A DNA stretch of 64,000 nt, from assembly GCF_006345805.1 (NCBI RefSeq), contig NC_043000.1, forward strand, positions 87,296,001 to 87,360,000, in the 5' to 3' direction. This document shows positions 25,795-38,599 of the stretch, piece by piece. Every line of letters begins with the position of its first letter. Position 1 is the stretch's first letter. The notes under the pieces were generated by a model that saw only the letters and a list, made by a program, of their open reading frames with translations, did no database searches and was not told the DNA's origin. A program made the position numbers and the translations under genes. The DNA is from Octopus sinensis. Lineage: Eukaryota.

Positions 25795-26811
25795 ATGGAT
25801 AGATAACAAATTCGTGTTGTTTATGAGTTCCGTCGTGGAACCAATGCATCCCAGGTAGCTCAAAACCTCAACGAGGTGTTTGGTGAAGATGTGGCAAATG
25901 AGCGCACTGTACGTCGATGGTTTGAGAAGTTCCAGTCTGGTAACTTTACTCTTGAAAATCAGCCCCTAGATAGAGTTGAGACCAAGGTGGATAACGATGA
26001 GCTGGAAACTAGGAGAAGCGGATACAAACTACGCGTGAGTTAGCAGCAAGGTTTAATGGGCCATCTGAAACAAATCGGCAAGGTAAGGAAGCTGGACAAG
26101 TGGGTACCACAGGAACTGAACGAGCATCAAATGACACGTCATCTTGAAACTTTCTGTTCTTTGTTGTCACGGCATAAAAGCGAATCATTTTTGCATTGTA
26201 TTGTTACGCGTGATGAAAAATGGATTTTTTCAACAAAAACAAGCACTCTGCATGGTGGTTAGATAGAGACGAAGTGCCAAAGCACAATCCAAACAAGAAT
26301 ACTCACCAAAAAATGGTAATGGTGGATGTTTGGTGGTCTAGCGCTGGTGTCATCCACTACAGCTTCATGAGACCTGGTAAGTCAATTACAGTGGATGTAT
26401 ACATCAACCAAATGGATGAAATGATGAGTGAACTTACTATTAAACAACCGAAATTTGGTGACAGAGACCGCCCATTTCTCTTGCAAGACAATGCACGACC
26501 ACATGTTGCACAAACAACGCTACTCAAGTTACAGGAACTGAACTTGGAAATACTTTGTCATCCACCATATTCACCGGACATTGAACCAACTAAATATCAC
26601 GTTTTCCAGGCAGTAGACAACTTTTTGCAAGGAAAAAACTTCAAATCTGTAGAATGTGCAAAAACAGCCTTTTGAGATTTAATCACCTCTTGCTCTCCAG
26701 GATTCTTCGTTGCCGACATAAATAAGCTGCCAATAAAATGCCAAAATTGTGTTGATAATTTAGGTGTTGATAATTTTAGTTCAAAATCGGACATTTCCTT
26801 CTGAATGACCA

Positions 26812-26815
<4 letters not shown>
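25795..26815 (+). mobile_element. mariner (DD34D) transposon, frameshifted
   Basis: VYEFRRGTNA...TVRRWFEKF, LDKWVPQEL, TRDEKW, LQDNARPH, YSPDIEP motifs. Confidence 0.92.
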
Positions 26816-26872
<57 letters not shown>

Positions 26873-27773
26873 TTGCATATATGCATGTGAGTGTAGCTTT
26901 ACTTCTGTACTTCTAATCTGTAGTTTCCTTCACCATATATTACAAATATTACAACTTAGTGTTCTGATTTTACAATCTTTCTGTCTTGATGTAAAAGATA
27001 AGTAAAAGCGTTAACGCAGTAGTAATTCCGGAGACCGTATGCATCATTATGAATGAATCTGCATGTTGGGTTACAAAATTGATCTTGAGTAGATAACAAA
27101 TATATTTGGTTACCAAGTTTGGAGTTTACTAACTTCTAATCTAATTTCTATACTTTCCATTCTGTAAACGCTTTAATTGTTATATTCTGCAACTAATGAC
27201 CATACAATACAGCAAAGATTAGTGAAACTTGTCTCTGAAGTAATTTGACGTATAACACAGACTCGAAAATCTGTTAGTGGGTCTGATATATTTGATTATG
27301 CAAATTTAGAGCATGTACATGTGTCTCACTATCTCTATTCTCTCTCTTTACATTCATGTACACACACACACACTCACACGCGCGCACACACACACACACG
27401 TGCGCGCACACACACACACACACACATACACACACACTGAAACAGAGGCATGCACACGCTTTGATTGCTGGCGTTACCATTCAAAGTTTACAAATGTTTT
27501 TGTGAACAACCTAAGTTTATCAATAAATCTTGGCATATTATTAATAACGTAATTTTTTTACACACATGCACACACGCGCACACACACATGTGTATACATA
27601 CGTACATACATACATATATACATACATACATACATAGATATATATATACATATATATAAATAAACATATTTGTATATATGTTTATAGAAATGTATGCACA
27701 CACATACATATAAATATGTATATATTTATGTCCTCTCTCTCCTTTTCTCCCAGTATGTGTATGTATATATACA

Positions 27774-27884
<111 letters not shown>

Positions 27885-27890
27885 ATATAC

Positions 27891-27971
<81 letters not shown>

Positions 27972-28029
27972 GTGTATATATACATACACATACTGGGAGA
28001 GAAGGAGAGAGAAGACATAAATATTTATA

Positions 28030-28270
28030 TTTGTGTGTGGCAGCTGATGAAGGGGAATATTCCTTGTATTGTTTGTCTTGTACTCTGTTTTATTGTTGTT
28101 AAAAAAGTCCGTTTCCTTGTTTGATTTTATGTTTTCGTTTCTCGTTATGTTCTACGTTTATTTGTGGTGTCCTGTACTCATATATGTATATGCATGTATA
28201 TATACATATAGATGTAGGTATGTACATATATGTATGTATGCATATGTTTTATTTATTAAATTGTCAATAT
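28030..28270 (+). repeat. Single copy of the 19841-palindrome family
   Basis: CTGATGAAGGGGAATATTCCTTG...TGTCCTGTACTC...GCATATGTTTTATTT aligns with 20125-20345. Confidence 0.85.
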
Positions 28271-28605
28271 ATATATATCTATATATCTATATCTATATAT
28301 ATATATATATATATATAACAATAATTTAGGGTTTAGCAACGAGTTGCTTAACCACATACCGAAAGATTTAGAAATAGCAGCCAAAAGACCTTTATTTCTT
28401 TTCACTACAAAATATGACTCCACAGACAACCCTCTCTGTAACTCACACAGGAAAAACCCTTAATTATTTTTATAATTATATATAAAACTTCTTGTATAAG
28501 TTTTACCGAATATGGTTCCTTTCCATACCGAAACTACTTGGTGAAATTTATTAATTATAAACTAATAATTGTTTACCCTATATCTATAATATATATATAT
28601 ATATA

Positions 28606-29370
28606 TACACGGGGGTTACCCAATAAAAACTGGAATTTTGTAACATCATCTTATTCACTTTGTTTTACATGTTTACACTTTTATCGTCTTCAATGTATTC
28701 CCCATTTGAAGCAATGCATCAGTCCATGCTCGTTTTTCACTATTCGAAGTAGTGCTGGAACTTTTGCGAAATGATGCCTTTTATCGCCTCCGCCATTTTT
28801 CATTCACCTCTTCTACATCTGCAAATTCCGTAGTATCAAATTTCATCACCAGTGATGACCTTTGAAAATAGGTATGGATCAACTTCCAAATGTTCATTCA
28901 GTTCCCGACACGCATTTAGTTGTGACTGCTTTTGATCCTCCGTGAGCAAGCGTGGCATAAATTTTGCTGCAACACTTTTCATTCGCAATTTCACATTCAA
29001 AATTCATTGACAGAAGCTCCATGATGTAACAGTTATATTAACAAATTCGTCACTTGTTCGGTAACGGTCCTCCAAGATCAGTTCATGAATTTTCATGATG
29101 TTTTCATTCGTTCGGGTGATCGACGGTCGTCCTGAACGAGGTTGGTCTGCAGGCGACAAATGACCACTCGTAAGCTTGTGATTTGCCCAAGCCAGCGCCC
29201 TTGTAAGCTGTTTGAAGCATGACAACTGTTTCGGCCACTGTTTTCCTCAGCAGAAAACAGAATTTCACGGAAGCACGTTGTTCCTTCGTTTCAGCCATCG
29301 CAAAAATCAACGAACGGGGGAGAAGCACTGCAAAACAAAGTTGCACCAATTGACAATACGACTGCTCTGG
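28606..29370 (-). mobile_element. mariner-like deletion derivative
   Basis: EQRASVKFCFLLRKTVAETVVMLQTAYK, DQPRSGRPSITRTNENIMKIHELI. TIR-like end TACACGGGGGTTACCCAATAA at about 28606. Confidence 0.85.
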
Positions 29371-29589
29371 ACGACATGTGTGTACATGTGCGTGCGTCTG
29401 TGCGCGCGCGCGTATGTGTTTGGGTAAAATGATGAAGGCTACTATTTATTTACACTTTTTAATGGGCAATATGAGAAATGAAAATATGTTTGTACATATG
29501 TACTCATAAACATTACATATATCTTGTTCTCTATGATGTGGTCCCCTATTTTACATTAATTATGGATATTTATAGCTAAGAAAGTTAAA

Positions 29590-30700
29590 ATTCGTGACCC
29601 GTCAGATTTTTGGAGCGTGGGTGGTTGGAGCTTCAGTCACCAGAGGGGCTGAATTGTTTAATGTTCCCAGAGGTACAATCACTAAGATTCTGTTGGCATT
29701 CCAAAACCAAGGTAAAACCAGCTTTCACAAGCATAATCCTTGGCGAGAGGCAAAGCTCTCAAGTGAGGACCCGCAGAACAGTATGATGTATTGTGTCTAA
29801 AATAAGTTGAACTACAGCAGCAAAAGAAGAGCTAAACCACCATCTTGTCAACCCTATGTAAACCGTGAGCTCTGTAAAACTGAATATCATAAGAGGGTTG
29901 CAATTACTAATTTGCTTCTGTTTTCCATCAACAATGATAAGTAGAAAATATGGTGTCTAAACTATTAGAAGTGGTCAATAGTTCTCTGAGGAATCATAAT
30001 TCACGCGTTTTGCTATTTCGAGGCGTGCATATGTCTGGAGAAAACGCGAAGAAGCCTTCAACCCTATTTGTTTGATACTCACCGTAAAGCATGGAGGTGG
30101 GTTTGCGTTGGAGGCCTAAATTTTCGAGTCCTTATACAGAGCTTAGAAAAACTGAAGTACCGCTGCAATAAATGTGTGAATCTGAGAGGGGAATATGTTG
30201 AATAAAATCATAACTGAGCCCTCTATATTTTCTTTTACCTAAAGCCAAAAACTTTTCAGCACCTTTTCGTATATGGTAGATTTAACGTCAATGACTGACT
30301 GAATATTTTGGCTAATCATGTCCAGGTTTTGGTACAAACAATGTTCCCTAATGGTAGCACAATATTCCAGGACGATAATGCGTCGATTTATATGCATATT
30401 ATTCGAAATTGCCACAAAGAGCTCAAAAGTGAATGCATATTGTTCAAAGTTGCTACGAAGAGCTCAAAAGCGAAGTAAACCACTCGGATTGATGGCTACA
30501 ATAACCAGATCTCAATATAATCGAACGTTTATGGTACATATTGTAGCAGCATGTGAAAAACCGCTTCTCTCCATCGTCGCCGATGAAAGCGCTAAAGCGA
30601 GTTTTAATGGTAGAATGGTTCAAAATACCCGAACATGTACCAATGAATTGCCGGACGTGTTGAAGCCTTTATTTATACTAAAGTTTGACCATTTCGTATT
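29590..30700 (+). mobile_element. Tc1-like transposon remnant (with an embedded mariner 3' end at about 30115-30270)
   Basis: GASVTRGAELFNVPRGTI (HTH), TVKHGGG, IFQDDNA and SPDLNIIERLW motifs across frames. Confidence 0.8.
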
Positions 30701-30959
30701 AAATTATAAAATTTCCACTTAATTGTGTCTATGATCTTGTACAACCTTATATATATCTATATATATATAATTCTTCTGTCCCTCTGCTTCTACTTCTCTC
30801 TCTCCTCTTCCCACGTGACCGATCGGCCAGCCTGCCCTTTCTTTTTCTGACCGTGGTCCATGCAACACCGATATTCTTCCATATGTTCGTGAAATTCTTG
30901 TATCTCTGCCGTAAGGCTTCATTTCCACACGCGCCAGCTTAATTCAATTCGTCCTTAGT

Positions 30960-31329
30960 CTTAAGACACCTGTTGTTTTGTCCTATTATTATTCTCATTG
31001 TATATTTTTAGTGTATTTATTTTTTTATTGCATTTATATTTGTGTAACATTGTCCATTTTTTCAGTCCTTGTTTTTGTATACATTCGCTGGTTTCTTCCA
31101 AGGAATCTAACGCTCTTAGCTTAGTTTTTCCTTGAGGCTGGCTGGATTGGAGCAATCTCAAGAATAATCAGCTGAAATTGCGAGGATAATCTGGTTCTTG
31201 ACTGAAGATAGAAAACTTCGAATGATCCGTCCTTGTTTTCTTTGTATCGTCTATCTGGATGTTTTGTTATCCCTTTTTGTGTCACCTAGTTGTCCTCCGG
31301 ATGTTTTGCGTTCTTGTTCCATTTTGTAT

Positions 31330-31330
<1 letters not shown>
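30960..31330 (+). repeat. Dispersed non-coding repeat, also at 63590-63960
   Basis: Shared TTCTTCCAAGGAATCTAA...GCAATCTCAA...GAAATTGCGA...TTGACTGAAGAT...CTTCGAATG. Confidence 0.8.
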
Positions 31331-31371
<41 letters not shown>

Positions 31372-31375
<4 letters not shown>

Positions 31376-32040
31376 GATGTCTCACATGAAATGTCGCATT
31401 TGAAAAACGGAAACATTGAAATATTTTTTAAGTTTTAGAATATTTATTTAATCAAAATATAATCATTGTTCCTTTATGACCTTCCTCTTCCTCCAACGTT
31501 CCTCCAAGGCATATATTCCATCTTCAAAGAATTTGTCATCTTTTACACTGATAAACTGTTCGAATGCTTCAATTACCTCTTCTTTATGTAAGAATGTTGT
31601 ATTGCGCATAGCAAGCTTGAAGTGTTTAAATATGTGATAATCAGTAGGAGAGATATCAGGAGAATAGAGAGGATGCGCCAAAACTTTATTATTAAGGATT
31701 TGCAGCTTGTGGACCGTAGCTTGAGAAGTGTGAGGCCGTGCATTATCATGAAGCAAAATTGGGCCATCTCTATTCACTAATCTAGGTTGCTTCTTTTTAA
31801 ATTATTCATGCATACAATCAATTTCCTGACAATAGAATTTTGCTGTCATAGTTTTTCCTTGTTGCAAAAATGAATAATGAATAACACGCTTTGTTGACCA
31901 CCATACAGTAACCATCAACGTTTTAGAGTGCAATGGTGGTTTTAGGTAGTGTTTTGGTGACTTTCCTGCATTTAACCATTGTCCTGTCTTCCTGCTTCTA
32001 TCAAAGAGTATCCACTTCTCATCATACGTAATGAGTTGAT
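31372..32040 (-). mobile_element. mariner 3' half
   Basis: ITYDEKW, VTVWWS, LHDNARPH, YSPDISPTDYHIF motifs; TIR-like end at about 31372. Confidence 0.9.
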
Positions 32041-32094
32041 ACAATGCACACATAGAAACACACCTATACATGCTTACACACGCACTCACAAATA

Positions 32095-32154
<60 letters not shown>

Positions 32155-32325
32155 ACGGAGATTTACTTGCATAGCAAGTGACCTGATCTGAGATCGTGTG
32201 CTGGAATGGAACGAAAACAAGTGCAGCACGGAATTTTGTCAGTGAACAGGTCGCGGTCTCAAAGCGACGAAAATATTTTGACAAATTAGATTTAAATGTT
32301 GAAGTGAATGTAACGCGTGAATGTA

Positions 32326-32732
32326 AGGCGCAGGAGTGGCTGTGTGGTAAGTAGCTTGTTTACCAACCACATGGTACCGGGTTCAGTCCCACTGCGTGGC
32401 ACCTTGGGCAAGTGTCTTCTACTATAGCCTCGGGCCGACCAAAGCCTTGTGAGTGGATTTGGTAGACGGAAACTGAAAGAAGCCCGTCGTATATATGTAT
32501 ATGTATGTATATGTGTGTGTGCGTGTATGTTTGTGTTTGTCCCCCTAGTATTGCTTGACAACCGATGCTGGTGTGTTTATGTCCCCGTCACTTAGCGGTT
32601 CGGCAAAAGAGACCGATAGAATAAGTACTGGGCTTACAAAGAATAAGTCCGGGGTCGAGTTGCTCGATTAAAGGCGGTGCTCCAGCATGGCCGCAGTCAA
32701 ATGACTGAAACAAATAAAAGAGTAAAAGAGTA
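32326..32732 (+). mobile_element. tRNA-derived SINE family C, full length
   Basis: GGCGCAGGAGTGGCTGTGTGGTAAG...GGTTCAGTCCCACTG head, internal (TG/TA) repeat, (AAAGAGT)n tail. Confidence 0.9.
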
Positions 32733-33213
32733 ACGGATTTTGTGTGTTTCTTAAATGGCTTATAAACATTTTCCACGCGGCAAATGTATATATATATATA
32801 CACATATATATATATGTAAATATACACACATATATACATATACTCACACATATATGTATATACGCGCATATACAATAGCCGTACAAATACACCAATACAG
32901 ACACGTATATACAACCACACATATCTCCACACACCCACGTACACACAACTAAAAAGAGAGTTAGTTGTACTCATATATTTATGTGTTAGTCAAACGCCCA
33001 TAGCGCTCTTAGTCATAGATTAACCAAATTTGTAGTATACAAAGTATATTAGGTAGATCTATCCATCCGGTCCTACGGGTCTATAGGCCTATTCAATCGG
33101 TAGTCGTGGGGAATGCCCAATGCATTCGCAGAAAAGGGTATATTTCTCTGCAAGCATTAAGCATCCCCTGTAACCATTTTAAAGAGTTATTGGGAACGGA
33201 GTCAAACTGTTTA

Positions 33214-33245
<32 letters not shown>

Positions 33246-33301
33246 ACACACACACACACACTTGTTTTATGTAGTATTTTTTATGTATGTATGAGTGTGC
33301 A

Positions 33302-33343
<42 letters not shown>

Positions 33344-33351
33344 TAATTTTG

Positions 33352-34870
33352 TTAAGGTTATTTCTACAGATATATAGAACTTATAGCCAGCACTAATTAT
33401 TTCTGCTACAACGCTTCGTATCGCGACGGATGCAAACAAGCAATGAGATTGAAGACAAAAAGTGGGTAATGAATGTATATGCCATACTTGTTGTTGCTCC
33501 TTCTTCAGCACTCATCTAACCCATTATATCCACCGAATACATTGCTTAGATAGCCACTACATACAGTGGTGTTGAGTTATTGGATATACCCAATTTGCAT
33601 ATTAGACTCATTCCTGGGGCTGGTATGTAAACCTTAAACATTTGTTGGTACGTGGTACTTCGTTAAGGCTATTTCTATAGACCTGCCCGAGATGCAGTCA
33701 GAGCTACGAAACCGTTCTGCACGCACTCGTGCAGTGTCCAACCATCTCCGACCTGTGGGCTTATGTCGAACGACTGCTGTCACGTGTAGGACGAGTCGGT
33801 TTATCAGCCGGGTCTATCGTCAATATCGTCACGCCTCCTTCCTTAAAACGGGAAGGAAGAGCAATTTTCATCATACTTGTGGCTATGGTGAAAGAATGTA
33901 TCTGGTGGACGCGTCTGAAAGGATTGGAGACAAACACTTTCCTCTCTGGTCAATCTCTCATCAACTTCTTCAAGTATCACTTAAAAGGGAAAATGAGATT
34001 AGAGAGGCAAGTTTTGTCTAGCGAATGTTTCAAACAAAGGTGGGTGAATGTAGCACGTATGAATGACGAAGCAACCTTGAGCATAATCCTATGAACCCGG
34101 AAAAATTTAAAACAGAGAGTTACTTACTTGCAAATAAATGTGTTAACATTTGACATTATTGACCGAGGTTACCGTGGTCTTTTCCGTAGGCTTGTCTTTC
34201 CACGGATAAACCTTATCTGTTTCCCCCTTTACACTTTACATCATGACATTTCTGTGATACACGATCCCTCTTAATCGTTTTTTCTCTTTTTTTTACGATA
34301 CCTTTTGATCGAAAACCTACCCCACCTTTTTTTATCCCCCAAAAGAAAAGCTCTACTTTTTAATTTGTCCCCTCTGTGTCCAGCCCTGTGCTGCTAATAA
34401 AGAAACATATTTTTATAGATATTCTGTAGAACTTATAGTCAGCACTGATGTTTGCTACAACGTTTCATATCGAGACGTACGTCAGATGTAAACCGACATT
34501 GTGATCGATGACAACAATGGGTTGTTGTCTCTTCTTCAACACTCATCTAGAACGTGGTACTGACTCATGAACACATTTAGTATACCTTATAGTATATTAT
34601 ATTTGCATGACGGAGTACCACCTACCTGCAAACCTTTAATGTTTACATACCAACCACAGGAATGCGTCTTATAAGTAAATTGGTATATCCAATAACTTAA
34701 CACCACTGAATACGGTGGTTATATAAGCAATGTGTTCGGAAACATTAGCAGGTTAGATGAGTGCTGAAGAAGGGGCATAGAACGTGGTACTGACTTATGA
34801 AAACATTTAGTATACCTTATAGTATATTATATTTGCATGACGGAGTACCAAGTACCTACAAATCTTCAAT
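33352..34870. repeat. Tandem/inverted array of a non-coding module of about 310 bp, interrupted by a LINE
   Basis: Units start at 33352 and 33663. 34672-34776 is an inverted copy of about 33498-33600. 34548-34620 is repeated at 34778-34850. Confidence 0.75.
33681..34407 (+). mobile_element. L1/Tx1-clade LINE, 3' fragment, with 11-bp TSD
   Basis: Near-identical to 49370-50191. Flanked by TATTTCTATAG (33670-33680) and TATTTTTATAG (34408-34418). Confidence 0.9.
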
Positions 34871-34880
34871 ATATATATAT

Positions 34881-35673
34881 AATTTATATTGTATAGAGGG
34901 CATTATTACACATAAATGCCTCACACTAAGAGGGACATAAGTCATTACTACCAAAATTAATCGTACCTAATGCAGTTTTAATGCAGTACGATTAGTGAAA
35001 TTTTGGTAGTAATGACTTATGTCCCTCTTAGTGTGAGGCATTTATGTGTAATAATGCCCTCTATACAATATAAATTAATATGTTCAAAAGAAAAAATTAT
35101 TTTCGAATTTTTCTCTTATGAGGTTTTTCACGCTAACTACCTGATAATTTCTTGTTAAGATTCCTTATTAAGAAGTTATCCTTAATTGTTAAATTTATTT
35201 CCAAAAAACTTTTCCTACCCGACATGCAGTTCGAAAAAGCCTGCCATTTACCGAATATATGATTTATAAACATCTCCATGTGCTTCGCCGGAGAGAGCAG
35301 ATGTCTGTTCGACTTCGCCAGGTAATGTTGGTCGTTTATTTATGATGTGTTCAGAATCAAATCTACTGATGAGCATAGACGCATTTTTTTATGCGGTAAG
35401 TGTGAAATCACAGGTGATATAGAACTAAATTCATTTTTTAAATGTCTTGCTTCGAAAAACTGCATTAGGTACGATTAGTGAAATTTTGGTAGTAATGACT
35501 TATGTCCCTCTTAGTGTGTGGCATTTATGTGTAATAATGCGCCCTCTATACAATATAAATTAATATGTTCAAAAGAAAAAATTATTTTCGAATTTTTCTC
35601 TTATGAGTTTTTCACGCTAACTACCTGATAATTTCTTGTTAAGATTCCTTATTAAGAAGTTATCCTTAATTGT

Positions 35674-35678
<5 letters not shown>
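34881..35678 (+). mobile_element. ORF-less pLTR-like module: 483-bp tandem period plus a 5' inverted segment
   Basis: 34986-35194 is repeated at 35469-35678. 34881-34979 is an inverted copy of the unit junction (35456 onward). Contains an HHR at 35362-35423. Confidence 0.85.
35362..35423 (+). ncRNA. Type I hammerhead ribozyme
   Basis: TCTA-CTGATGA (35366-35372)-GCAT..ACGCAT-TTTTT-ATGCGGT..GTGT-GAAA (35404-35407)-TCAC-AG-GTGA-TA-TAGA. Stems I, II and III all pair; cleavage predicted after 35419. Confidence 0.75.
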
Positions 35679-35741
<63 letters not shown>

Positions 35742-37448
35742 CACATAGAGAGAGAAAGATTGAGAGGAAGAGGAGAGAATTTGATGTATTTGGGTGTAAT
35801 GTTAATGTCTGTCCCTCCTTACTCTCTGTATATATGCATTTATATGGATGAGCTGTTCCTCAAGTGAGATTGAGGGAGAGAGAAAAAATGAAAGAGATAG
35901 AGAAATGATAGAGAAATAATTAAAAGATTACTAGCTTTCATTTTTTTTTCATAAAATGTAATGGAAGCAAACAATTTTCTATAAGAATGTTCTGTTTTGC
36001 TGTATATTTCTGAGGCCTTCACAAAACTACTTCGGCAAATTTCCGACATATTTATCTATCGTTTTACTTGGCTTGAATAGATTTGTTAATCAATAAGAAT
36101 CCCATTAAATATCTCAATTTATGTATTTTTTAAAGATGAATAGGACACTGTGGTCATGCAGCTGTTTGCCGTTCTTTGATTTCTTCCTTTATACGAGAGT
36201 TTATATACATCTTTTTTTTTTCTTTCTACGCGTGTTTATATATGATGTTCCTTTCTTTCTTTGTATGTTTAATACACATTGACGAACGGAGAAATAAACT
36301 ACACCAGCTGTTTGACCTCGAGTTTGGAACTGCGTTTTCATATCTATTTATTTTTTACATGTTTTTCTTTGCCACATCTATTTCACAAAAGATGTATAGT
36401 TTTCTAACAATCCTTTATACGAGGCTTCTAGAAATATTTCAAATAAAAGGACACAGAAACTAGCAGAACTTATTTTTCCTATTACAAGAAAAGAAAAGCG
36501 CACAAAAACAAAAATAAAACAAAAGACATCCACCAAAAATAATTCTAAAGTAAAATCTTTTTTTGTTTTGTACATTCACGTACACACTGACTGTACTCAT
36601 ACAAATATATATGTATATATATTCGTGCACTAATTTCTAAACTGTGTGCCTGAATTGTCTTGCTTCAAATTTCGACAGTCTATATGTATGAATCTTTGTA
36701 AGTAATCGTGACAACATATATTTCCTTCTTTTAGAAATTTTGTTGGAACAGGCATCCTTCAAACTTGTTCGATGATGAGAAAAAAAAATTCTTAAATCAT
36801 TACCGATGATCTGATAATGAAAAAATTGCCCCAAACTTCTGATTTTTTTTATTAAAAAGCAAGGTCTGTTACTAAACAAGGTGAACACTACTGAACATTT
36901 CATATGCCTTCCGAGTAACAACGAACAGCTTGAAACGACTCATGCGTTAGTGATGACTTAATCACTTTTGCGTTGCAATTTGGTATGTGCTACACTGTTT
37001 GAAAAAGACAACTACCAAAAGAATTCGTGTGTCTCACTAATAACATAATAAAAATAATACATGTTTGTGTGTATGTACATATATATATATATTATATATA
37101 TATATATACACACACATGTGTTTGTGTGGCCGCGCGCGTGTGTACGTGCGTGCGTGTACAACATCAAAAGAAACACAAAGATGTTTACTAACAGGCTAAA
37201 AAGTTTACGGAATTTGAACTAATCAGTTTCCTCCAGTTGACTCAACTGTAAATCCACTAAAAATACAGAAGCGATTACATGTAGATATCTGGTTGTTACT
37301 AAGCAATTCAATGTTTAAAATGATGACTTGCACATTTATTTTCTATCATATAACATAGACGTTATTGGCGCCAAATGCATTTTCCTTACATTTCGATATA
37401 TGTAATTGCTTTATTGATGAGAATATAACAGAGAAACATACATATTTC

Positions 37449-37508
<60 letters not shown>

Positions 37509-37561
37509 CACAAACACACACATATACATAATATATATAATATATGTAAATATATGTATTA

Positions 37562-38560
37562 CAGGAGTGGATAAAATCATGGAAACACATTAAACCGACG
37601 TTTTATTATTTAACTAGCTTAAAAGCCGCAATCCGTGCGGACTTTTAGGCTAGCTCCTGGGGGGGGGGGACTAAATGGGCTTGCGGCCCAAAACTAAAGA
37701 GAGCTAAATAGCATGATTATAATATGTCTATAATGTCTATATGCTCCAGTGGAGTTTGATCAAAGATTAAAGACGGACGAGAATTAATTCCGTAATGTAA
37801 TCATTTCTATTGTTCCAGTCCCAAGTCGAATTTCAACTGTTGGCCAATTTGTCCCAAAGTTCTCATCTTGACGTAAAATTAACGAAAGGAATGTCATTTA
37901 TCTCCCTCTAGATTTCTGACATCATCTGACGAACGCCAACCAAGATGGTGTGAATCAACCAAACTTTATCTGCAAGAAATAGCAACCCAAGTGCATTTAA
38001 ATCAAATCCCGATGCTCGATGTCCAAGAACCAAATGAAGGCCTGATTTTCAACCTTGGGATCATCCTGATTCCAAAAAGGGTATAATATGTCTATGTAGA
38101 GCAAATGTAGACTGAAATACAGGGATCCCAGACAGACAGAATTTCGCGCTTATTAATATAGATATGGACTTATTCCAAGTTTGCTGTTATTCACGGCTTA
38201 AATATGCCAAAGACTTCCCTCATGTAAGCTCTGAACGTTTGTTTAGGGAATTTTGAACTATTCTTCAAGTAAGAAACCTGCTTTAGCTTTTTTATGACGA
38301 GCAGTTTTGGTCGACACAGGTTTGGCAAGGTCGAAGGTTAGCTCGATTATTGCTGCTGTAGTTCGAGTCTTTCTTAGACACAATATAATTCACTGTTCTG
38401 CGTTCTCCTTTATGAAGTTTGCCTTCTACCCAGAATTATCTTGGTTTGGAAATGCCAACAACATTTTAGAAGTTACACCTCATGAAATATTAAACAATTC
38501 AGCAGTTTTAGTAATTGAAGCATCAGCCATCCACCCTCCAACAACCATAAAATAAACCAA
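37562..38560 (-). mobile_element. Tc1-like remnant interrupted at about 37613-38163
   Basis: TA-CAGGAGTGGATAAAATCATGGAAACAC TIR-like end at 37560. Minus-strand DASITKTAELFNIS matches the 29594 Tc1 HTH. Confidence 0.7.
37613..38163 (+). mobile_element. Helentron/HINE-like non-autonomous element (tentative)
   Basis: Starts ACTAGCTTAAAAGCCGC..TGCGG and ends CAGACAGACAGA...TTATTAATATAGAT, resembling DINE-1/HINE terminal architecture. No ORF. Confidence 0.4.
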
Positions 38561-38599
38561 GGAGGAAATTCTTTTTTTTGTTTAAATTACTCGGAAAAT

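Noticed and set aside
29215-29260. CTGAGGA...GAAA-CAGTTG-TC on the minus strand
   Set aside because: It lies in mariner coding sequence (LLRKTVAETVV) and stems I and II do not pair. A chance match that shows the background rate of core-only hits.
31195-31230. CTGAAGA motifs here and at 63859 in the shared dispersed repeat
   Set aside because: Followed by GAAT rather than a paired GAAA-stem III-UH; no consistent fold in either copy.
36600-37060. Possible Tc3-like HTH remnant on the minus strand
   Set aside because: Similarity is too weak to support by eye, with no TIR pair or catalytic motifs.
37920-37960. CTGACGA with a 6-bp stem II
   Set aside because: Followed by GAAT, with no stem III or stem I partner.
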